DNA of 64,000 nucleotides, from NCBI RefSeq assembly GCF_009914755.1, contig NC_060932.1. One strand, 5' to 3'. The stretch is from the human T2T-CHM13v2.0 reference genome, Homo sapiens. Numbering within the stretch: position 1 is the stretch's first letter; the number at the start of each line of letters is the position of its first letter. The position numbers and the translations under genes were made by a program. The notes beneath the pieces were generated by a model. That model had not been told where the DNA came from. It made no database searches and saw nothing but the letters and a program-made list of their open reading frames with translations. Positions 1-12,450 of this stretch are shown piece after piece.

Positions 1-771
1 TTTCATTTCTCTTAAGAAGGATAAAATTTTTGCATCTTGTATTATTTTCAAATGAGGGATACTCATTTGAATTAATATCAAGAAGCATCCCATGCAGAAT
101 TTTTAAAAATCATCAGTCTGCCATCTTATCCACATTATTTTGTACCTTCAGGCTCTTGATGTAGTTTTTATGAACAGGATTCAAATAAATTGGCTCTTTT
201 TCCTTGGTGGTTTCTTTAATTACTTTGTTATTATCCAAGGAACTGGTTTAATTTAAATGAACACTGTGTTCCTGCTACTACCATCCAGAGAAAACACAGA
301 CTCAGAACATGCTGTTTTGTAGTTAAAGTGTATGTCTCTGCATGGGGATGCCAGAATCGGGTAGTTCAATGGCAGCTTCCTATTTTATATAAAGAGCAAA
401 TCCAGCCTTTCTTGTGAAATCATTGTCTTCCCCAAAACTCCTATTCATCTCACTAGATACAAAGAATAAATAGTACATGTATAAATAAATATTTTTAGGG
501 AAATATGATAGCATTCAAGCCAAGCAACCCAGCAAGTTTAGGTAGTTCTTTTTCCCCCAACTATTTTTATAGGAGGTACATTTTAAAACCAATTATGGGC
601 TGAAGTTATCATAAGTGATCCAACCCTCCACTCAACCTCCAAGATTTTGACATTACATCAAAGTCTTGTTACACGCTTATTTGTAACTGAGATGTTTGCA
701 AAGGTGCCGAATTCCCCTTCCCCTTTGTAGCTTTCATCCAACAAAAGTATATTATAAATTTCAAAGGAACA

Positions 772-802
<31 letters not shown>

Positions 803-816
803 TATAAATATATATA
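772..816. repeat. (TA)n microsatellite, interrupted
   Basis: Direct TA run with a short CA interruption. Confidence 0.95.
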
Positions 817-1384
817 CAAACATTAGGATGCCATAAAGTATTTTACAGACACCATGGAAATATAAAATTGTATTTCATTTCCTGAAATAGTTATAGTTTC
901 AACCCCAGCTCCATCTCTTTAACTGAAGCCATGTGTGAGAAAAGCAAGTTAAATCTTTGGAAACACTCTATTTCGGGCTATTGACTGAGACCCTCCAGAA
1001 ATCATAGCTTTTCTCCTGCTGCAAATAGAGTGGAGAACAGACTTTCTCATCTGCTAGGGAATGAGAAAGAACTGGTATGACTGGGGGAGATTTCTTGACC
1101 TATGAACAAATAGCCAAATAGCAGCCTCATACTTCTTTTATCTTTCACTTGAGAATTAACATTTCTGTCATACAGTAGAGACTTATTTTTTTTCATGTGC
1201 AAAGAATTTATCTAAAACATGACCCTTTGCCAGAAACGACAGCAAAACCTATGGCACCAGGAGAGTGGGTACATCCCCTTAAAATGGTGCCAGAGAATAC
1301 TGTACACATGATGAACAGAGAGATCAAACATTGTCACTATTTGCAATGGAAGCGTCCATGTCTCAATGTCAAACTGGAATTATA

Positions 1385-1600
1385 GTTAGGAGCCTGCTTT
1401 CTGGAACCAAATACACCTGGATTTAAATTTTTGCTTTCCCTGTTACTGGGTGATCTTAGCTCCTCTCAGCCTCAGTTTTCTCATTTGTAAAATGGGGATA
1501 AAAATAGTGTCTAACTCTCTGGGTGGTATTGTGAAAATTCAGTGTGAAAAAGCATGTGGAAAGCTTAGCATGGCTCCTAGCATATGAATGCTCAATATCA
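1385..1600 (+). mobile_element. MIR SINE
   Basis: MIR core: ctctcagcctcagttttctcatttgtaaaatggggataaaaatagt, followed by aaagcttagca...atgctcaata. Confidence 0.85.
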
Positions 1601-1684
1601 TCATCACTAGCAGAGCAGGCTCAGAAAATTCCCTTGATCCCAGGAAGCCGACTGTCTGCTGTTACCCAGCGCATTCCGGTAGAT

Positions 1685-1848
1685 TGCGTTTCTCAAAAAT
1701 GTAGTTCTTCGACTACCTGCATCTGCCTCTCTTGGAGTGCGTTTAAAAAGTGCAAATTCCTGGGCCCCACCCAGGACACCGGAATCTCTGAGTGTCAGGC
1801 TGGGAGTCTCCACCTTTAACAAGTTTACTAACTTTGGAAACCGCTGCC
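1685..1848. mobile_element. MER5-family hAT-Charlie MITE
   Basis: tttaaaaagtgcaaattcctgggccccaccca...ggaatctctg...tttaacaag...tttggaaaccgctg. Confidence 0.8.
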
Positions 1849-2099
1849 CTAAATGAGGTCACCCCTCAGCCCATCCACCAAAGCATTTGACCCTGACACA
1901 AGGCACCCTTGATTCAGACAGCTACAGTCATTACTGGTACCTGCTGAGTGCCTTTTTACACAGGTACTTATTCAAGTACAGAGATAATGAGGAAGCGGTG
2001 TTAATGGAACAAACTGTACTAAAGTGTGTGCTGTGCCCAGAGCCTCCTGTGTGTTTTTCTCTGGCTGGTCTTTCACTCGGCCATTTTATGTACCCACGT

Positions 2100-2451
2100 C
2101 TCTTTCTCTCATTACCTGGTGAATCCTCCTGATCCTTCAAATCTAGCTTAGAGCCCACTTCCTCAGGAAAACTGCCTGACCACATTCCTTTCTCCGGTTT
2201 TTGTATTCCGACGCCAAATAGCATCTGTAAAAGTCTTCTAGCTCTTAGTCATTGCTATACCTTTTTGTACTGTTTCTAAAGCTGACATCACTTGTTCACG
2301 TCTCTTGCTGGTCTCTTGTCTCTCTACCTCTCTCATGGGGATATAAATCTCTTAAAGGCAAATGCCCTATGTTAGACTTACACTTCTCAATTGTCCTCAA
2401 GTACTCAGCACAGAACTTTGAAGTTTGTTTTCCGGAAATATCTGTTGAATG
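2100..2451 (+). mobile_element. L2 3' fragment
   Basis: cctggtgaatcctcctgatccttcaaatctagctta...cacttcctcaggaaa, ending aaatatctgttgaatg. Confidence 0.7.
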
Positions 2452-2599
2452 GGTAGGTGTGGACCCCACTTCAGGCTTTCTTTGATGTCTGAGATAGAGG
2501 TCTTGAGTTTCTTCTAATTAATCTTAGCAACCTCAAGTAGAACTGTCAGATGTTATATGCTTCCTGAGATGAGGAAGCAGCAAATCTGCAGTATCATCT

Positions 2600-3165
2600 A
2601 CTAAATATTCTCCCTTGAAATATTGAACCTGGATCTGAAAAAAAGCCTCTAGATCTGACTACCAGTTTACAGAAGACATGGGTGATGGAATAATAAGTTA
2701 AGCACTACTATACAAAATCATTCGTCAAATTCAGAGTGGAAAGTGCTGATGGACAAATGGTGACTTCATGTCATAGAAAAAGAGGACAGGGTGGGGCACT
2801 GTTAACTATAATGGGGCTTTAAAGACATAACTATTTGCGGTAGGTGGAACTTTTGAGATAATCAGGGAAATTTGAATGTGGACTAGGCATTTAAGTGAAA
2901 TAAATAATTACTATTAAGTCTTTATGCATGAAAGTGGTTATATTTTTTAAATGCCTTTATCAGTTGGATATGCGTACTGAAATATTTATGAATAAAATAG
3001 ACTAATGTATTTTAAAATATTACAAGAAAAATATAGTAGGGGAGATAGACAAAATGTGATTGGCAAAGTGTTGAGAATTGTAAAAGCTGAATGACAGGTA
3101 AATGGGAGTTTATTACACTAGACTCTCTACTGCTGTATATGTTTGAATAATAAAAACTTTAAAAT
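2600..3165 (+). mobile_element. Old L1M (L1ME/L1MC-type) 3' end
   Basis: atcagggaaatttgaatgtggact...tactgaaatatttatg...tggcaaagtgttgagaattg...ctctctactgctgtatatgtttga. Confidence 0.7.
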
Positions 3166-4059
3166 GCTTAGGCAAATAGTAATATTTTCTGAAAAATACT
3201 TCATCCTCATCTTTTCAGCTGAAATGAGAATAGGAGAGCTTGTTTTAAATATGAAAAGCTTTGCTTTTAAAGCAGGAAGAATTTTTTAAAGCTATCATTT
3301 GAAATATTTTAAATTTTTTATTTATGTATATATTTATATGCTGATTTGTTCCACCAAGGATTTGAGGAGGAAGTTTTTGGAATGGATGTTATTGCTGTGG
3401 AAAACATTGTTTATGCATTCGTTCATTTAGGTCACTTGGAGGAGGCTGCAGCACCAGAGGTCTCTGGTTGCGTGTACAAAGGGAAGAAGATAATAATCTA
3501 AGGGACTCCCTCACCTGGATGATTCTCCCATGTCAATCAGGCAGAAGCTTGATTGAACAGATGGGCCTTAAGCTGTGCCCTGAAGGCCAGCTGACTGTGT
3601 CAGAGCAGAGGGCAAAACAAACGGAGTCATATGCCCTCCTTGCAAAATCTTTTCTTTTTGGCAGAAGCAAGTAGGCAAAGTACAGGCATTAAAGCCATGG
3701 TTGACTGGTTAAAAATTTATTCCGTTGCTACTCCCAAAGAGAATTTGAAGTGGTGTCATGGAAATGTATTCCCAGAGCCTCTTGCCCCAAATTTGGGAGT
3801 GGAGATGTTGGGAAGATGGTAAGATGCGTGGCCATGGGAATGCCTGAATTAACTATTTAGGTACACCTGGAAAGCCAACATTCTTCGATGCACGCTGAGC
3901 ACCAGAAAATGCTTCAAATGTTGAGAGTTAAGACAAGGTTGAGCCATTTCCTAAAGGAATGAGAATCTAAACTTCATTTATTTCCCCTAAATCCAGGGAG
4001 ACAGCTCTGGGCTGTTACTGTATTAGAATGAACCATTTGAAATTGCCACTATTTGGCCA

Positions 4060-4610
4060 TGTTTGACATAAAAGAATAGCAATTTTATATAGTTCAAATT
4101 TAACAACTCAATTGTTAGATGAATTGTGGGGTGGCAGTAGAAAAGAGAAGAAAGAAAAAAAGAAAAGATAAAGAGAACTAATGGAGAACAATGAATGACA
4201 ATAGGAGATAAAGGACTAAGTTTGTTTGTTTGTTGTTTGTTTATTTGTTTGTTTGGAGCCTGAGTACCTGGGAATATTATGATTTCATTAACAGAAATCA
4301 GAATAGAAACCAGGACTGGGATGAGAGAAATACTAAGTTTATCATAGACATGTTCAGTTTGTGATGACAGCAATTGAGAAATAAAAGGTAATAATTTCAG
4401 AACAAGATCAGAACCAGAAGTAAAGTCAACTGCCAATGGTATAAATAGTTAAATATGAATGAGTAAATATGTTCATCAGGGAAAGAGTGTAATAGAAGGA
4501 GAACAGAGACCAAGGACTAAAACCTGATGAGATGGAAGAGGAATTCAGAGAAGAGATTAAGAAAGAGGACTCAGAGAAGCCAGAGAATTCCATGTGTCAT
4601 GACAGCCACA
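4060..4610 (-). mobile_element. L2 fragment
   Basis: Antisense L2-like gcctgagtacctggga...cattaacagaaat...agacatgttcagttt...gagaccaaggactaaaacct. Confidence 0.6.
4220..4255. repeat. (TTTG)n microsatellite
   Basis: Direct, imperfect tetranucleotide run. Confidence 0.9.
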
Positions 4611-6367
4611 GAAATGATACTTTATAACACAGAATTTCTGCAGAGAATCCAGGTGGTTTGAATAATGCAGTTCAATGCCCCCATTGACCTTTACCCTCTT
4701 ACCTTCACAAGTAGTTTTTGCTTATTTGTTCATGTGAAGAAACTAGTATATTCAAAATATTTCAGCCATGGTACTGGAGTTTTCTAGAACCATTTTTAAA
4801 AAGTATTTCCCCTCTCTCTCTCTTTGATTTTTAGATTCTATCTGGACTTTAAATGCCATTCTTTTTCGTTCTTTCTTAGTGTCTTAAATCCTACAACAAG
4901 TAGCATGATGGCAACTGAGTTGCCAAGAGCAGGGAATTCCAGCCCCTGCCTGCCTCTCTTCTTCACATTACGCAGTGGGTTTAAAACCTGTCTCAGCTGT
5001 ATGCTAAGCAGAGCGAGCGCAGCCTCTGCACCATCCCAAGCATTCATGCATCTGGGTAGTGTGGCCCCAGCAAAACTCCCATGACTGCCCTGATTTTCAG
5101 GAGAGGTTTATACAAATTAGAGAAAACAAAGCTGTTCTGTTCATGCCCTTTTGTCCAGCCCTGGGAACAACTCGAATCCTGGAAAAGATGCACATTTTGA
5201 AGATTCCCTAGGGTTTTATCATGATTTGGAGGAATGCCATTGTTTAGGTTGTTGCTAATAATCTGAAGTTTTCCCTAGTTAGACTCTAGCTGCCAGGACA
5301 CAGGAAGAGGAGAGAGAACTGAGAGGGAAGACTTTGCTTTCATTTAACTTGACCTCTAGTCACAAAAAGGCCCAGCACATCTTTCCTGAACAACTCAAGC
5401 TGGTTTTTCACTCCATCTGACCTCCGAGCAAGAAAGACTTCTTGTTGAACACCTGGGTCCTGTCCCAGCAGTTCTGGGCCCAGTCCTAGCCCTGGCACAA
5501 CTCTCAGCTGCATGTGCCCTGATCTCTCTTCTCCTTTATTTAAATATAACCATCTAGACTGGCTGGGATAAGAAGGAGCTAATAGACCCCACAGGGTCTG
5601 TGGTCTCTGGGATGCCTGGAGATTATGTTTGCCTAATTAGTTCTGCCCCACTATCAGTACGGATAACCCAGGGAGCATCGTGATTGGTTTGACAAAGTTA
5701 ATGGATGATCTGCCATGAAAGCATGATCACCAAGGAGCCAGCCGCAGCTCCAGCTGGAGGCTGAGTCCCAGCTACAGCCTTTCTGCACTTCATCTCACAC
5801 TTCTTGGGCCTGTATAATAATCCCTCTTGCAGAAGATTTGAGCTTCTCTGTTCCACAAAATATAAGTAACCCTCATCTTTTCTCCCTTATGCTAAACCCC
5901 CATGGCCTGCAGCTGGCTAAATTTGGAACAAGCACCGTATCTGAGTGTTCCAAGGTCCTGAAAGAAAGAAGCCCTTAGACCCCCATTACCACTTAGACAA
6001 CCGAGAGTTAAGCATCATTTAGCTCCAGCCTGGGCCTCTGATAATTCTTCATTATTTTGATTTTTGACACAAGGAGAGAAAGTGCTCCCAGATCAACAGC
6101 ACTCCAGGATCCCGTGAATAGGGGAAGCTTAGAAAGTTCATTTCTGTGCCTTCTGAACTTTGCTGCAATCTTGCTGTTCTGGCTCCTGTGAACTTGCTTG
6201 TGGTTGCAATTGTGACTGATAAGCATATCTTGCAAATGCCACACAAATCTTGGGACAACTTTTAGGGTAGTAAGACTGCCCAGATAACAAAGACCAAAAA
6301 GTGGAGCAATGTATGTCCACAGGCAGCACTATTGTAAGTATTTTCTACTTGTTCAGCCTGCCAACTC

Positions 6368-6480
6368 TTATTGAATATCTGCCCTGTGCCGGGTACTAGC
6401 CGAGTTTGTGGGGATACAATAGTAAATTAAATAGAGCACTTTTCCTTAAGGAGCTTTTACAGTCTAATGGGGAGAGCAGG
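6368..6480 (-). mobile_element. L2 3' end
   Basis: ttattgaatatctgccctgtgccgggtact...ggggataca...ccttaaggagctt..acagtctaatgggga. Confidence 0.75.
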
Positions 6481-6814
6481 CCTGTGTCTCATACTTTCTG
6501 CCATCCCCTGTCCATTATTCCAGACATGCCATTTATGGGAAGTGGAAGCAGGATAAGGAATGGTTCTGGTTTTTCAACATACAAAGGAAATAAATTCTTT
6601 GCTTAGTTTGACTCTAGCAGACTCTCTGGAACTTTAGTCCCTAGGATAATTCATCCCGCAATGGTTGTGGCCAGCCTGTGGCTTACATTTCTATCCTGTT
6701 ATCTGTAGCTTTGATGTGATTGAATAGTAAGTCCAAGTGCAGCAAAACAGCAATATGAAGAGACGCTCACCATGCCCTCAGTCATGAGGAAAATAGAACT
6801 GAAATAGTCAACAG

Positions 6815-7345
6815 TTTTTAGGTATCTGAAAACTCAATTCAAATTGACAAGGACAAAAATAGCTTATTAGCAAATATAACTGGAAAGAATGGAGGGAGGT
6901 AGCATAATGCCATCATCGTTGGGATAACAGAACTTGGCCAATGTCACCAAGGACTCAAAATTACTATGTCACTTTGTCCTGCATTCCTCTCTGTTAGCTA
7001 AGTGAAGAAAAGAGTGTCCCCTCAGATACCCAAGCAATAATTTGAACAAAAATACCAACTCTTTTTCTTATTGGACTATTTAGTCATATTCCCAAATCTG
7101 AACCAATCATTTTGGCCAGGAAATTGAATGTGTTAATTGTATTGTGTCACATTGTGTTAATTGTATTGTGTCACTGTGTTCCACAGTGTGGAAGTAGATG
7201 TGGTCTCAACATCACCCAAACCCACACATAACAAATAACAGAAATGAAGTGGTCTCCCAAAAGAAACTGAGGTTAGTATTTTCAGAAGAAAGAAGATGGA
7301 ATGTTAGCTGGCTGGGATTGTGGAGCAGAAACCACAAATGGCAAC
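6815..7345 (-). mobile_element. MLT1 (K-like) MaLR LTR, degraded
   Basis: aatgtcaccaaggac...ctgcattcctctctgttagct...ctgaaccaatcattttggccagg...atcacccaaacccaca. Confidence 0.65.
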
Positions 7346-7508
7346 TCTAAGAATTTTGATTAGACATGTTGCAAAGTAGGTTATCTGTGTTCATGTTGTT
7401 TCCAAAAAGCAGAACAACACACAAGGTGTCCTGTAATTGGGTAAAACTCATCAAAAGAGAAACTAGGAATAGTCAATATTCCAAAATTCATAATAGACTT
7501 TTAGAAAC

Positions 7509-7785
7509 TGATATGGTTTGGCAGTTACCCCCATGATGCTGTTCTCATAAGTGAGTACTCACAAGATCTGATGGTTTTATAAGGGACCTTTCCGCCTTTT
7601 GCTCAGCACTTCTCCTTGCTGTCACCATGTGAAGGAGGACATGTTTGCTTCCTCATCCACCATGATTGTAAGTTTCCTGAGGCCTCCCCAGCCCTGTGGA
7701 ACTGTGAGTCAATTAAACCTCTTTCCTTTATAAACACACAGTCTTGGGTATGTCTTTATTAGCACCATGGGAATGGACTAATACA
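7509..7785 (+). mobile_element. THE1C-like solo LTR with internal 5' deletion
   Basis: Starts tgatatggtttggc, ends ggactaataca; catgattgtaagtttcctgaggcctccccagcc; TSD gaaac/taaac; only 277 bp. Confidence 0.9.
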
Positions 7786-8806
7786 TAAACACAGGACTGA
7801 AGGGCAGAAGGAAATGTGTAAGTTGAGAACAGAAGTCTTCAGTCCTAGGAGGACCAGGGCACCCAAGCCGGTTACTAAGGCAGGCTCCAGGCAAGGATCC
7901 AGTCAACTGAAGGGGTGTGCTGGATGAGGCTGAATCTTATGACAAAGCCAAAATTGTATCATAAGTACCAAAAGTATCAAAATTGGATCATAGCATTGAC
8001 TCTGACTTAGGCAAGAGTGTGAGGAAGAGTGGAGAAGCCAAGAGTGAAGTTAGACTCCCTGAATCCCCACATGAAAAGATCAAGGTCAGAAGGTTTCAAC
8101 TGATCTACAGCTGTGGGGATGGTAGCATTTAAACGATTGATTTGACGCACATCTGCTGGACTCAAAAATCTCATAAAAAATGCATTTCTTGTCTAACTCT
8201 GAACTCAGGTTTTCTTGGCTGTATACTTCCAAATGAGTATCAAATGTGTGGGTCTTTTTTGGGAAATGAACTGAAAATCTGAGTCCAAGTCTATGAAATT
8301 TTTCTGGTAGGAAATTATCACTCTTGCTCCTCAAAAAAGAATACAAGTAGAGCAAATGTCAGTACCAGGAGATGAAGGGTGACCTATTGGCATGGCAGAT
8401 AAATGCAGAGACCTAGTTCCAGGCAGACACTGTATGAGCTATGGTAAATGGAAGCTTCCTGTGTGGCCTCTGGAATGGTGGTGTTGAGGCATTTGGCACT
8501 TTAAGTGGTAATAATTCCTAGATAGTACCCTCCTGGCAGTGGAGGCAGCCACTTGTCCCAAAGTCCTCCATAGCTAAGACCTTTTCCTGTTAGCAGACTT
8601 TGTAGTGCCCCTTGCTCTTTGGTATCTCAGACAACCCTGGACAGCATCTAGACCTTCCACCACTCATCATCCTCTCAGGCTCTCAGCCACCTCTGAGAAG
8701 TGCTGAGTCCATCACTCCCTCAAAGACCTGATAGCTGGAAGATGTGGTTAAGTCCCAAATTCTACACAGCACAGGGACCCCAGTGCAAATCAAAATGGTC
8801 CAGTAA

Positions 8807-9089
8807 AGCTGGGCACAGTGGCTCATGCCTATGATCCCAGCACTTCGGGAAGCCCAGGCAGGAGATTTGCTTGAGCTCAGGAATTTGAGATCAGCCTGGA
8901 CAAAATAGTAAGACTTTATCTCTACAAAAGAAATTTTTTTTTAATTAGGTGTGAGTAGCACGTGCCTGAGAGGCCAAGGCTGAAGGATCACTTGAGCCCA
9001 GAGGTCAAGGCTGCAGTGAGCCATAATTGCACCATTGCACTCTAGCTTGGGTGACAGCACAAGATCCTGTCTCAAAATTTTTTTTAAAA
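8807..9089 (+). mobile_element. AluJ
   Basis: Dimeric Alu with J diagnostics (ttgagccca, ggtcaaggctgcagtgagccat); degenerate TSD aaaatggtccagta/aaaagaggtccatta. Confidence 0.93.
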
Positions 9090-9269
9090 GAGGTCCATTA
9101 ATCTTGGTTATCCAATATCATTCAAGATATATCTTTAAACTAAATTTCAAAAGAGTAACTTTGGGTTACATTAGGATGCTATATGGCCTATAAAAGTCAT
9201 TCAGAAAATATATCCTGAGTAAACAAAAAATCATGACAAAATTACTAATAATACAATTTACACAAGATT

Positions 9270-9365
9270 TCTCTTTGTCTCTTTCTCTCTGTCTCTGTGT
9301 GTGTGTGTGTGTGTGTGTGTCTCTCTCCATATATATATATCTCTCTCTCCTCCACACACCACACG
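9270..9365. repeat. Compound (TC)/(TG)n/(TA)n/(CA) microsatellite
   Basis: Direct. Confidence 0.9.
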
Positions 9366-10387
9366 ATTCTTCATTTCTACCAAACAGTATCTGCCCTACA
9401 TAACATGAGAGAGCAGAAACACGATTTCCACTGCCACTTTGTCATCTCTTGGACATAACCTCTGATGAGAGACACCACCCATTCAGTAAAAGAACAGTAT
9501 CCCACTTCTCCAGCCTCATAAAAATATAAAGCTAATAGCCACCTCGAACCTGCTCAAGCAGATCGGATACGAGCTCTCTGCGGTTAATTTCTGAAGCTTC
9601 GATAAGGCCTCAAGTCTATTTTTCTTTTTAAGATCCATTGCCACGCATCACCTTGAAGAACTGTTTTCCCCCCGCACAGATATAATATAAAATGAAAAAT
9701 GAAGTGCATTTTAGATCTATATGCCTATAAAACTGTGTTCTCCCATTTATAATTCAGGGAAATGTATTTTTCTGAAATTAGATTGTGGAATATTTTTGGT
9801 AGTGAGTCTCCCATGTCACCTTCCCTAGAAACCAAGTTCCTTCATGATTTGCAGTCACTGAGGAAGGATGAAGGTAAGCGTTCTCAAAGACACAGGGTCT
9901 GACATCCACTTGAGGGGTTTGGCATTCATCTTAGGAAACAGTCAATGATGTTTGCAGAGTGGTCGAAATTTTTTAAAAATTCAATTAATTCAGTAACAGG
10001 TAATAAAAATTCAAAGGCAACTCACCAGTTATGAGGCTAAATGACAGAGTCATTATGTGTCCTGTCAAATGAGAAGATCACACCTTTCTTTTTTTCTTTA
10101 CCAAGAAGTTACACAATGGATATTCTTTAGATGCTTTCTTTTCCTCAGTTTTGATTGGAAAAAGAAGAGTATTATTTTGCCCTCAGTGAAACGAATGCAT
10201 CATCTCATCAGCAATTGTTTGGTCAATTGGCAAGGGTAAGAATAGGCAGGAAACAGAAAACTTTGCCTTGTGGCCTAATTATTTATTTCTATTTATGTGC
10301 GTAGCTACCCTCAGCATTGTAGTTTAGTACTTGTATGCCAATCAATTAAAATGTTCTATTTTCTGAAACAGTAGGCACTTCCAAAGT

Positions 10388-10409
10388 AAAAAAAAAAAAA
10401 AAAAAAAAA
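10388..10409 (+). repeat. A22 homopolymer
   Basis: Direct. Confidence 0.95.
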
Positions 10410-10477
10410 CTGATTTCAAAGTATAGCAAGGAATCCAGATTAACCCCATGTCATAGTCACAAAGAGATTTTCCAAGT

Positions 10478-10538
10478 TTAGCACAATTTCTGACACAGAG
10501 TAGGTATTTGGCAGATATTTGTTGAATCGTTGAATTGA
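10478..10538 (+). mobile_element. L2 3' tail fragment
   Basis: agcacaatttctgacacagagtaggtattt..gatatttgttgaat..tgaat. Confidence 0.65.
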
Positions 10539-10638
10539 GCAGCAGCAGCCTAAGGTGTATCGGCAGGTATGAAGGACTTGTGAAGAGGATATTCTTCTCT
10601 ATGAAGCACTCTAGAGGGCACCTGATGAAACCAGTTTG

Positions 10639-10711
10639 CAGAGGGAAGCCCAGGAGTCATTGGGGGAGAATCAGAGGCGAAGCCCAGGAGTCATTCGGGG
10701 AGAATCAGAGG
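10639..10711. repeat. Two-copy ~34-bp tandem duplication
   Basis: cagagg(c)gaagcccaggagtcatt(g/c)ggggagaat x2 plus a third cagagg. Confidence 0.95.
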
Positions 10712-11627
10712 CTGGAGGCCTTGTACCAGCAGTCATTTGTTACTGTTAAAATGGCCCTAATTTGAACCCACACTAGTATGACCTGAGGAATTCTGGGTGG
10801 CAAAACAAGAAGAGAGATGGACCTTTCTTCATCTTTACTGAGGAGGGATTGTAAAAGATACTTTCCATTGTGTAAGAGCATGAGGGTAGACCTCTGTCTG
10901 GCTCTTTCCTGTCAAACACTGGAGCCTTCCTTGCCCTACTCAGATAGCAAAGAATACAATGAGTGGCCTAATTAGGGCTCCACTCAGACATCTTCCTTTC
11001 GTGTTTTGATCTATACCCACCAAAAAGTAATGACCAGACCTCTTATACAACAACATCCAGTTTAAAACCAAGCCTGTGAGAGCCGCTGTCTTAAAATTTT
11101 CAGACAAAAATTGCATTTAACCACTAATAACCATTTTGAGCATTTAATTTTTGACTGAAGCATAAACCCTTGATGAACAAAGCTTCCGATTTCTGACAAG
11201 CATCGACTAGACCCTCACTTGCTATGGACGTTCCAAAGTCTTGCCTGGTATGCTATAAAAAGCAGATACAGTTCCTCTATGAACATGACCTGTCTTCCAG
11301 GCTCACTAAGGAGTGAGCTTGGCAGATTATAACCATATAGGATCCTAAAAGAAATCCAGAATCAGGGGATAAATATCATGGGATTAACATTTTGTGGAAA
11401 TTATCTGGGGCAAAGATATATTCCTACTTAAACCTCAAGAAAATGCGTCCCTTAAAGGACTAAAATAGTGGTCACAGACATTTAGATTAAGGTTCCACGG
11501 TGCATTGTTTCTATCTCCTGGTTACTTGGTCCAGTAGCTTGCTTTGGGCAGGCCTAGCTTATCAGAAAAGGGATTTTATTATCCTACTGCTGAACCATTA
11601 ATAATAACAAAAAATAATAAAGTTTTG

Positions 11628-11922
11628 GGCCAGGCGCAGTGGCTCACGCCTGTAATCCCAGCACTTTGTGAGGCCGAGACAGGTGGATCACTGGGTCAGG
11701 AGTTCAAGACCAGCCTGGCCAAGATGATGAAACCCTGTCTCTACTAAAAATACAAAAATTAGCTGGGCCTGGTGGCACGCACCTGTAATCCCAGCTACTC
11801 GGGAGACTGAGGCAGAAGAATCAATTGAACCCGGGCGTCAGAAGTTGTAGTGAGCCGAGATTGCACCACTGCCCTCCAGCCTGGGCGACAGAGCAAGACT
11901 CCATCTCAAAATAAATAAATAC
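11628..11922 (+). mobile_element. AluS (Sg-like)
   Basis: Full dimer; ggatcac.gggtcaggagttc (2-nt deletion form); TSD ataaagtttt at 11617-11626 and 11923-11932. Confidence 0.95.
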
Positions 11923-12450
11923 ATAAAGTTTTAAATTAGATCTGATTGGAAGATCTTTCATTTGTTCAGGGGCAAAACTGGGGTGCGTGGGGATATGTGG
12001 GTGAGTGGAGAGTGAATGGGAGGTAGGTATTGCAAAACAGAATGTAAAAGATTGAGACCTCAGGAGATTGACATTTCAGACCCATGCTGTACCAGACTAG
12101 TGATGCTCAGCTGTAGTGGGACTCAGGAAAGTCACAGTAGCCTAAAATTAGATGTGGGTCACTCAGGAAGGGTGAAAATGCTACCATTTAATCACCACAA
12201 CTGCATAAGTGAAACCATGCAACATTCTGTGATGTTCCCACTACCGTCTAGTGTTATTTCCTGACAGGAAAGGGCTGATAAAGGACATGCTTTGAAAATC
12301 TTACCATTGTTGTAAAGACAAAACTGTGGGCAAGAAATGTTAGAACACTGGGGAGGAGGGGCAGAGGAAAGAACATCTGGGGGCCATACATGACACTGCA
12401 GCAGATTTATTCCTCACTAAGCCTGCTGTTGTATCATTTTACCCTTCCAG

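Noticed and set aside
10639-10711. CRISPR-like 34-bp repeats
   Set aside because: The copies are adjacent with no spacers, there are no cas genes, and the DNA is eukaryotic
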